From: Opitutales bacterium
GTDB taxonomy: Bacteria > Verrucomicrobiota > Verrucomicrobiia > Opitutales > PNEW01
Assembly: GCA_965219535.1 (NCBI GenBank)
Contig: CBDCNV010000002.1
Span: forward strand, 1,020,001-1,052,000
Direction of reading: 5' to 3'
Length of the DNA stretch: 32,000 nucleotides
Numbering within the stretch: the first letter of the stretch is position 1; the number at the start of each line of letters is the position of its first letter. This document shows positions 19,101-29,000 of the stretch, one piece after another. The position numbers and the translations under genes are program-made. The notes beneath the pieces are model-generated. The model had not been told where the DNA came from, searched no databases, and saw only the letters and a list, made by a program, of their open reading frames with translations.

Positions 19101-19233
19101 AATAGCGAAATACAACGGGAGGGTCTTCGGTTCGCGGCAGTTGCCAAAAAGCAATTATTCCGCCAATAAATAAAAAAAGAGAAATCAACAGCGTAAATCG
19201 CGGTTCTCTCAGGGCAAAATCAGTAAGCTTCAT
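16150..19233 (-). CDS. RND-superfamily efflux permease (AcrB/MmpL-like), with no adjacent adaptor or outer-membrane factor gene
   Basis: It is 1027 aa with the typical RND layout: TM1, a large periplasmic loop, a TM cluster, a second loop and a second TM cluster. Conserved stretches include VSIRKGGN, FGIIVDTHIVISE, TTLSGFLPI and GIVVNNAIILID. Confidence 0.9.
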   Translation of the reverse strand: MKLTDFALREPRFTLLISLFLFIGGIIAFWQLPRTEDPPVVFRYSLIVTKYLGASAQRVESLVTRKIEEAVREVPEVETIHCISRKNASVILVKIQDRYQDIRPIWNRLRRKIDRVKGDLPDGVGVPVLNDEYGEVFGTIVTVSGNSSYTKLREVSETVHDELLRLDDVSKVITLGDRSESVMVNFFDSDMADAGISPYHLIKYLEAQNVIAPGGSIREGNSRYAVELAGELSSVEDIENLEVSLPDDDESYYLGDLVEVKRQVQQPPDSIMKSSGNNALGLAVSIRKGGNIEKMGREVKSLLTTLKDKVPAGVELELIAFEPGRVSNRVNAFFGNLVQSLIIVMLILMITLGLRTGSIVASMMPLTFLTALVIMLGLGININLVALAAFILVFGIIVDTHIVISERILTLRERGETPVSAAEESTYELHGPLITAALTTLSGFLPIYLAQSTAGEYVSPLFTIVAITLLSSTFFAFTLTPLLSVYLFKVKTQKEKNLLDHSGYRLYHRLLLWMLPRPFLILFLTLLLFLGSLYCFRFVPKIFFPPSDRPLFTLEIEFSAGTVIEHTEKTVDAVDAYVEANLRAEKNGGEGITNWATFVGRNAPRFILNHRTVEYNPEYAYFLFNLTSVKIIPEMIHSIENYCAENFPEAQIRARPLESGPSVGYPIKARVSGEDVDGIFRIVDEVKNKLRSIVGTYNIHDDWGPPVKKYRVVIDETKASLASITHADVAISLQSLLTGYPATTMREGNIIIPINVHATVDRDNEIEKIESLNIHSIIKRGTTVLLKDIAEIQEVRETASFVRRNFQRTVTVRADIQKGVKAKDVDTQLKQWIAEQKNNWGSDYSVLISGESEESSKANQSIINKLPWTAFLIVLLLIRQTRSFRRTFIIVCAVPMGLIGVVVGLLVTKQPFGFMTLVGVVSLTGIVVNNAIILIDRIRINLDIKGLSTQESIVEASLNRLRPILLTTVTTIGGILPLYFRGNPTFQPMSVAIIFGLLFATLLVLGIVPLLYAVLFRVDFRDYTNSH

Positions 19234-20005
19234 ATATTCTAGTTCTCATGGGGAAAATAACGATAATTGAAAGGATTTCTTTTGAAAGATTTCCAATCGA
19301 CGGTCAATCACGACGTTAAATCCTTATAACCTGATTTAATGTCAAAATTATATCATTTTAAGGGGTTTTCCTAACTTTCCTTTGCGTGTTGACTGAAAGG
19401 GCATTTTTTTTCAAAAATAAGCTTTAATAGTATAAAGCGGTATATCTTAATTAATAAAAGGGAAAAATGTTCTTTAAAAAAGAACAATGATTCTTATTGA
19501 ATAATTATAGTTTAGCCACATAAATCATGATCATCAGCAATTATGTTCTTCTTAAACGTGCAACTATTTTTTTAATAGACAGAATGAATAACGATTGTTG
19601 GTATCTACTAAACCTGCCAAGTGTGGCATGAATTATCAGAGGATTGCCGAAGGCATTCTTTTGATGGCTGTAAAGGCATTTTAGATTCCAGTCTTCTATA
19701 ATCGTCAATATAATCTTGAAAGATACGCGAACATATACGCCCAGATGATCGTATTTGATCACCCGATAAATATCTTTCCAAGAACCCAAAACTTGGATAA
19801 TTATACACCGAAAAATGCAGCAAAAGGTGGCCGTGATAAGCGATCATTTGATGCATGATAAGCAGCGTTATTTTTTTAGATTTTATCTAGACAGGAGAGG
19901 GTTCATTATCCATTAAGATAGTTGAATAATCAGTATGAAAAGCTTGTATAGAAAGTATGCCCTTAAAAAGGGCGTGCCTCATATTTTATTTTTGGAGTCA
20001 GCCGA

Positions 20006-23000
20006 ATGATTAACCAAGGGAAATGCCCTATCGCGATTATTGGAATCGGTTGCAGATTTCCTGGTGGAGCAACTGATTCTGCTTCATTCTGGAAGTTTTT
20101 ACGCGACGGCGGCAACGCAATCGTCGAAGTCCCTGAAGATCGTTGGAATCTTGATCAATATTATGACCCAAATCCCAATTTAGCGGGCAAAATGATCACT
20201 CGCTGGGGAGGATTCCTGAATCCTATTGACCAGTTCGACGCTAAATTTTTTGGCATTTCCCCCCGTGAAGCCTTGAGGATGGATCCTCAACAGCGATGGC
20301 TGCTGGAAGTTGCCTGGGAAGCTATGGAAGACGGAGGTCAATCGCCCGATCGGATGGCGGGGACACGGACGGGAGTATTCGTTGGCATATCGAGTAATGA
20401 TTATGCGAATATTCAGATGAAAAGTCCTAATGATGTTGATGTGCATACCAACAGTGGGAGCACGCTTAGTATTGCATCAGGAAGGATTTCCTACCTCTTT
20501 GATTTAAAAGGCCCGAGCCTCTCGGTCGACACCGCCTGTTCATCGGCACTGGTTGCTGTAAATCTTGCCTGTAATAGTATCTGGGATGGACAGTGTGACA
20601 CCGCCCTTGCGGGTGGAGTCAATGCACTGATTACGCCCGATTCAACGATCGGATTCAGTAAAGCTTCCATGCTCTCACCTGATGGCAAGTGTTATGCCTT
20701 TGATGACCGGGCAAATGGTTATGTTCGAGGAGAGGGAGCAGGAATCATTGTTCTCAAACCGCTCGATCAAGCGCTCGAGGATAAAGATCCAATTTATTCG
20801 GTAATTCGCGCAAGTGTCGTTAATCAAGATGGTCGCACAAGCGCGATGACCGTACCCGGTCAAATTTCCCAGGAAGCCATGCTTTATGAGGCTTATAAAC
20901 AAGCGGGAATTTCACCGCAAAAAGTTTGCTACATGGAAGCGCACGGTACGGGAACACCGGTTGGCGATCCAATTGAAGTTCTGGCTTTAGGTAATGTTTT
21001 AGCTGAAGGAAGAAAAGCAGGTGAGGAGTGCGTGATCGGGTCGGTTAAAACGAATATTGGCCATTTAGAATCTGCTTCTGGCATCGCTGGATTAATCAAA
21101 GCTGCTTTAATCCTGAAATATGGGGAGATTCCTCCAAATCTGAACTTTGAAAATCCTAATCCAAATATACCTTTTGAAAAACTTCGATTACGGGTTCCGA
21201 CAAAGTTGGAACCGTTGAATGGCAATGGATCGGGTCCAGCTGTAGTCGCCGTTAATTCTTTTGGCTTTGGAGGGACAAACGCCCACGTGGTGTTAGAAGA
21301 AGCACCTGCGGCAGCGAAAAGGCGTAAAAAAATTAAAAAAGGTAATTCCTCTGAGCCCTACCTTATCCCTCTCTCGGGAAGAGGACAACAGTCATTAAAA
21401 AAATATGCTGAATCTCTGGTAGAATTGATTTCAGGTCAATCGAATGGCAAGGAAGTGTCGCTTCCAGATTTAGCGCACACTGCGAGTATCGGCAAGGGCC
21501 ATCATGACCATCGCCTGGCGCTGGTTGCTGTTTCGGAAAATGAAGTCGTAGAAAAGCTCAACGACTATCTGGCAGAAACTAAGGTCAAGGGCCTTGTCAC
21601 TGGAAGAGCTAAAACAGAAAATAATAGCGAAATTGTATTTATATTTACCGGTCAGGGTTCGCAATGGTGGGCAATGGGCCGGGAGCTATTGAAAAATGAT
21701 CCGATCTTTAGGAAAAAAGTTGAAAAGTGTGACCGACTTTTAAGTAAATATGCTTCCTGGTCTCTAATTAAAGAATTATCACGGGATGAGGCGAGCTCTA
21801 GAATAGACGATACAGCAATCGCTCAACCGGCCATTTTCGCCTTACAAATAGCTTTAGCTGATTTATGGAAGGCGAGAGGGGTGACACCGACTGCTGTGAT
21901 AGGGCATAGTGTAGGTGAAGTTGCTGCCGCTTACTGTGCGGGTATTTACACGCTCAATGATGCGATTAGAATTATTTATCACCGCAGTCGTTTACAAGGG
22001 ACGACTCGTGGTTCGGGCCGTATGGTGGCGGTTGCTATTTCGTCCGAAAAGGCCAAGGAATTAATTCAAGGTTACGAAAATCAAATTGCGATAACCGCTA
22101 TTAACAGTCCCGGGTTGGTAACCTTAGCAGGGGAAACTGAAATTTTAGAAACTTTAATCGAGCCGCTTGAAAAAGAACAGGTATTCGTTCGTTGGTTGAA
22201 TGTAGACTATGCTTTCCATACCCACAAAATGGATCCTATTAAGGACGAATTAATTCAAGTCCTAAAAGGGATCAAGACGCGCACCGCGAAAATCCCATTT
22301 TATTCTACAGTTACTGGTGATGTTCTCGACGGTAAGAAACTGAATGCCGGTTATTGGTGGCGCAATGTCAGGGAAGCCGTTCTTTTTGGTCCCGCGATTG
22401 AAAAAATAATGACTAAGGATCATGAGCTTTTTCTCGAGCTTGGGCCCCATCCGTCTCATTCCAGTTCCGTTATGGAGTGCCTGGCACATATTGGTAAAAA
22501 AGGAATGGTCCTGCCATCCTTGCGGCGCAAAGAATCGGATCACCAGATCATACTCGAATCTCTGGCTGCTCTATATACCCAAGGCTATCCCATAAATTTA
22601 GATGCGTTATACAGCAAGGTAGGTAACCTTATTCATCTACCTTCTTATCCCTGGGAGCACGAACGATTCTGGTTAGAATCGGCCATTTCCGAGGACCACC
22701 GATTAGGTTCAATTATTCACCCACTGCTCGGTAAAAAATTGAATACCCCAAGTCCAACTTGGGAATGTGAATTGGACCCTCTAGCCCTGCCTTATCTGGC
22801 AGATCACCGACTTCATGATTCCATGGTTTTTCCCGGCTCTGCCTATGTGGAGACCGCGCTTGCGGCGCTTAATGAGCTCTATCCAAATGAATCTTATGTT
22901 ATTGAGGATGTAAAAATCCTTAAGGGTCTGTTTATGTCAGAAGAAGACCTCATTACTCTTCAATTTACCTGTGATGAATCTGATGATTCATTTAAAATTT

Positions 23001-26000
23001 ATAGTTCAACTTACACCTCTACCGGAGAATGGGAAGTTCACGCCGAAGGTCGGTTTCAGAAGCTCTCGCTGCGCGAACCCGGCAAGTTGGACCTTGAACA
23101 TTTAAAATCCACTTTGGAAGACGAGATAGATCACGCCAAAATTTATTCAGATTTCGATGATGTAGGTTATCAGTTTGGTCCCTGTTTTAAAGAAGTACAA
23201 AAAATATGGAGAAAAGACGGCGAATCCTTAGCCGAGATACAAGTTCCAGATGCGATTCTAGAAAATATAGATAAATATTATTTCCAACCTGCGGTCCTGG
23301 ATGCCTGCTTTCAAGGGGGCAAGGAAACAAGATTTAAGGATGAAAAGAGAAAAGCGCGTGATAATTTTTTCATGCCCATTGCTCTCAAACGCTGTCGTTT
23401 TTATAAAAGTCCAGGTACGCATCTCTGGTGCCACACGTTATTAATAAATGACGAAGAAGACCGGGTTGAATACGACCTTGAGATTACTGATGACGATGGC
23501 TCAATCATCGCGGAGATCAAAGGTTTTCGTGTTCAACGTGTAGATCAGTCCGAGTCAAAAACAGAGGATGATTTTGAAAACTGCCTCCTCATGTTTAAGT
23601 GGGCGCTCTCAGGATTACCGGGAGCACGTCTTGACCCAGTCGAACTCCTGAGTCCCACCCAGATCGTAGAAAAATTAGTTCCTGAAATTACCCCCAACTA
23701 TGAAAAATATCAACTAGAAGGCTATGTTGAGGACTTCATTCCTCGAATGGAAGATCTGAGCTTACATTTTGTTCTCACGGCCTTGATCAAGCTGGGTTGG
23801 AGCCCGGAAAAGGGTGATCTGGTATCGAAAGAAGGTTTAATTGAACAGTTGGGTATAAAGGAGGAGCATTTTCGTTTATTTAATCATTCTCTTTTTGACG
23901 TTTTGATAAATGAAAAGGTGGTTCGGGCGACACCAAAAGGAGAGTGGGAGTTTTCAAAATTTCCAGAGAAACAGAATTTAGATAAACTTTGTAAAGATCT
24001 AAAATCAGATTTCCCCCACCTTTCAGCGGAAATGGCATTACTGATCGATTGTGGTTATGTCTTAGCCGAAGTCCTTTCTGGAAAGACCGATCCCCTTGAT
24101 GTTGTTTTTCCAGCTGGCGATCAGGGAAAACTTGAAAAGTTTTATAAGTTTTCTTCAGATTTTCAGGCCTATAACAGTATGTTTCAGACGGCTATTTCCT
24201 CGATCGCTAAAAATTTTTCGGGAAGCAGGCCACTTCGCATTTTGGAAATCGGAAGTGGAACGGGTTCATTGACTGAAAGTTTGCTTCAAGTATTACCGGC
24301 TGATCGTACTGAATATTTCTTTACCGACATTTCGCCATTGTTCACGTCAACAGCTAAGGAAAAATTTAAGGAATATGATTTTGTTGAGTACCAGCTTCTC
24401 GATATTGAAAAATCACCGTCTGAACAGAATTTTGACCTTCATTCTTATGATTTAGTATTAGCCACTAATGTTCTGCACGCCACTGCTGATTTAAAACAAA
24501 CTTTACGTCACATCAATCAACTGATGACCGAAGAGGGCATATTGATGTTTCTCGAGGTCACCTCACGTCGTCTTTTTCTTGATCTGGTTTTTGGTCTGCT
24601 ACCCGGTTGGTGGAGATATACCGATACTGATTTAAGGTCTACTTCTGCATTGCTGTTGCGCCCGGAGTGGGAAAATCTGCTCAATGAAGTAGAATTTCGT
24701 GACGTAAAATCTTTTGTCAATACACATCTACAAGACAATTCCGTTCAGACATTATTAATGGCTAATGCTTCTGAACGATTGCTGGAGGAAGAAATGGTTG
24801 AATCCAGCGATGCAGTTGCGAATGAAGATAAATTCTGGTTAATTTTCGCTGATCAAAACGGTCACGCTGAGACTCTGTCTAATCATTTGAAAGAGAAGGG
24901 CAGAAATTGTGTGATGATTCACGAAGGTGAAAGCTTTGTTCAGGAAAATGAAAACAGCTATAAGATTAATCCTGAGCAGTTGGAAGACATGGAGAAGCTA
25001 TTTGCTTCCCTCAACTTTGAGCGGAATGTTATGCAGGGCGTAATTCATATGTGGAGCCTAGATCATCCCACCGTTGATATGACTACACCTGAAAACCTCG
25101 AAGAGGCTCAGCAATCAGGTTGTCTGAATGTATTAAATTTGATTCAAACGCTTGTTAAATACGAACCATCACCGGCACCACGTGTTTGGTTGATCACCCA
25201 GGGTGCTCAGTCGGTAAGGGAAAACGAATCAATCGAGCGCATTGTTTCGGCTCCGTTAATGGGTCTCGCTCGCGTGGCAAACAATGAGCATAATGATTAT
25301 CATTGGACAGTAATAGATCTGGAAACATCAACTACTCCGGATGACCTGGGATTTTTGGTCGACGAAGTCTTTTCTTCAGACGACGAAATTGAAATCGCAT
25401 ACCGCGGTGAGGAGCGTTACGTCAATCGTCTGGAAAAGGTTTTGACCGATGAACTTCCCGCGCGTACGAAGGATGCGGTGAGACACGACGGGGTACTTCC
25501 GTACCGTCTGGAAATACCAACCCCTGGCATTTTAAATAATCTGCAATTGAATGAGACACAGCGCAGATCTCCAGATTCGAAGGAAATCGAAATTATAGTT
25601 GAGGCGGTTGGATTGAATTTCCGTGACGTGATGAAAGTCATCGGTATGTATCCCGGTAATAGCAGGGATTTGAAGTGGCTGGGTGACGAATGTTCAGGGA
25701 CCATTGTTACGGTTGGTAAAGATGTCACTGAATATCAGGTTGGAGATGATGTAGTTGGTATGGTACCCTATTGCTGCCGCTCTTATGCGACGGTTAATCA
25801 TGCATTAGTTTTTCCCAAACCGTCCGATCATACTTTCGAGCAAGCGGCAACATTACCGATTGTATTCCTCACTGCCCATTACACATTGAATTATCTGGCC
25901 CATCTCCAAAAAGGAGAGAAAGTACTTATTCATGCGGGCGCAGGCGGTGTCGGTCAGGCTGCGATACAAATGGCTAAGCATTTGGGAGCTGAAATTTTTG

Positions 26001-29000
26001 CCACCGCGGGATCACCTGAAAAACGTGAATTCCTTAGAGGCCAGGGAATACAGCATGTGATGGATTCGAGGTCATTGGATTTTGCCGATGAAATCCTGGA
26101 AATTACCGAGGGTAAAGGGGTGGACGTCGTTTTAAATCAGTTAGCGGGCGACTTTATCACCAAAAGTCTATCTGTCCTCGCACCCTATGGAAGATTTTTA
26201 GAAATCGGTAAAGTAGATATTTATCAAAATTCGAAAATGGGGCTCGAGCCTTTTAAAAATAACTTGTCGTATTTTGCGGTTGATCTCTCGAAGCATATTG
26301 AAGAGCGACCAGAGTTTATCACTACGATGTTGCGTGAAATATCGGAGATGTTTGAAGAAAAGAAACTAAAGCCGCTGCCGATCAAATCTTTTCCCATCAC
26401 CGAAGCAGTCGACGCATTTCGTTATTTTGCTCAAGCAAAACACATTGGCAAAAATGTACTCACTTTAGCGGCGGATTCTATCCCTGTTGGTTTGCCTTCC
26501 AATCAGGAGACACTATTCCGCGCCGATGGGACATACCTTATTACGGGTGGACTTGGCGGATTTGGTCTGGAAGTAGCCAAGTGGATGATAAAATTTGGTG
26601 CGAAGAATTTATTACTTATGGGCCGTTCGGGAGCGTCGACTGAAGTAGCGGTTGAAGCGCTACAGCATATGCGTAACGACGGAGCCCGAATTGAAGTAGC
26701 TAAAGCCGATGTCGTCAGCAGTGATGATGTTAAACGCGTGCTCAGTAAGATCGATCAAGAAATGCCACCATTAAAAGGTGTGATCCATGCCGCCATGGTT
26801 CTGGATGATGGTTTCCTCGTTCAAATTGACACTGAAAAATTTAGAAAGGTTCTGCGGCCAAAGATGGTTGGTGCCTGGCAATTACATCAACAAACGAAAC
26901 ATTTGCCTTTGGACTTGTTCGTTCTTTTTTCATCGGCTTCTTCACTGATAGGTCCCAATGGCCAGGGAAACTACGCCTCGGCAAATTTCTTTCTCGATGC
27001 TTTAGCGCATTATAGAAACGCCCAAGGTCTTCATGCATTAACGATTAACTGGGGTGCATTGTCCGAGGCCGGCTATGTCGCTCGAAATGAAAACGTAGCT
27101 AAATATCTCGATCTCCTTGGATTGGAAAGTTTCACCCCGCAAGAAGCACTCAGCATTTTGGCTAATATAATACCAAAAAATCCGGTCCAGTTGGGTGCAT
27201 CACGTATTAACTGGATGGCTATCTCTAAGCTGAATCCATCGATGGTAAATTCGCCATTGTTTTCGAAGGTCATTAATCATGATGCCCTCATAGATAGTAC
27301 CGGTGCCCATGCTCATTCATTCCGCCCACAACTACTAGCGGCTCCGTCTGAAGATCGTCATAAGATAGTAGAGGATTATATAAGTGAACAGGTTGCCCAG
27401 GTTTTCGGTACCACGGCGGATAAAATTGATCGTACCACCCCACTAACGACAATCGGGCTCGATTCCTTAATGGCTATAGAATTGATGAATCGCCTGGAAT
27501 CCAATTTGGGGATTAGTTTGCCCATGGGTAAATTTCTCCAGGGTCCGAACATTTCACAACTGGCCGCACCCGTCCTCGAATTACTACTCAAATTTGATCC
27601 CAGTTCGGAGGCATCGAATATATCTCGAGTTGTCACTGCAGGGGAAGAATTGATGGCCTTTCCCTTATCCTATGGGCAACGCGCGCTCTGGTTTTTAAAT
27701 CGCCTCGCCCCAAGTAGTTCAGCTTATAATCTTGTCTTTAGTTCGTTAATCACCCCTTACGTCGACATCGATATTATGAAAGAGGCCTTTGCCAGTCTCT
27801 TTCATGCACATCCCATGCTCGACATCGTCTTCTCTACGCAAGACGGAAAGCAGATACAAACATTGCAAAAAGGGCGGAGTATCGATTTTAGAGAACACGA
27901 TACCACGCATCTAAGTGATGGTGAACTTAAAGAACTGCTCGTAGAACATGCGCATAAGCCGTTTGATTTACAAACGGGTCCCGTCTGTCGCTTGGAGCTT
28001 TTCCGCACGGCCAAGGGGTCTCATGTAGCGCAACTTGCGATGCACCATATTGTCTCTGATGCATGGTCGGTGGTGCTTATTCTTAACCATTTGATGGAAA
28101 CTTATTTTGCCCTGAAAGCTGGGCGAAAACCTGATCTCCAGATACCTGACCATAGATATTCAGATTACGTACGCTGGCAGCAGGATATGCTGAAAAGCCC
28201 GGAAGGTGAACGTTTGGCCAAATACTGGGAGGAATACTTGGAGGAAGCTCCAATGACCCTTGATCTTCCTACCGATCACCCGCGTCCACCAGTGCAGACA
28301 TTCAATGGTGCAACCTTAGGTTTCAAACTTGATACAGATCTAACAAATGAAGTGCTGTCTTTGGCGGAAAATAAAAATGTCACCTTATATACCACTCTTT
28401 TGTCGGCATTTAAAATTTTAATGCATCGCTATTGTGACCAGGAGGAGATTCTAGTGGGGAGCCCACTACACGGGCGCATTAACCAGGAGTTCCATCACCT
28501 CGTCGGCTACTTTGTCAATCCCGTGGCATTACGCAGTAGCATAGGTGACGATCCTTCATTTTCCGATTACTTGGATCGCACCAATCAAACGGTAATTGGA
28601 GCGTTAGAAAATCAGAATTATCCCTTCCCGCTACTCGTTGATCGTTTAAAGCTAAAACGCGACCCCAGTCGTTCACCAATCTTTCAAGTCAGCTTTGCGA
28701 TGGAACGCATTCCAGGTTTTGATGAACAGGGCATTGCCGTATTTCTCATCGGTCAAGGTGGTCATCAATTCAAAGCTGAGGATATGAATATCGAGTCAAT
28801 GGATCTAAATTTACGCATGTCGCAATTTGAGATTACACTCGTGGTGGAAGAAGCAGGGGGAAATATTTACGGATGCTGGCAATATAATCGTAATCTCTTC
28901 AAAGAGGAAACGATTGATCGTCTGAACGAATTTTATAAACAACTGCTCAAAGAAATTATTTCCCAACCCAATAAAAGTATTTCAGAGCTCAATATCCTTT

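Noticed and set aside
19541-19856. Two overlapping 82-aa minus-strand ORFs in the AT-rich spacer. I considered a frameshifted HUH (IS200/RAYT-like) transposase remnant because of YHGHLLLHF and a possible W...NP block.
   Set aside because: The resemblance rests on one HxH-hydrophobic string. The usual MPNH context, catalytic Tyr region and flanking hairpins or REP repeats are not evident. The evidence is too weak for a pseudogene or mobile-element call. A profile search against Y1 transposases would settle it.
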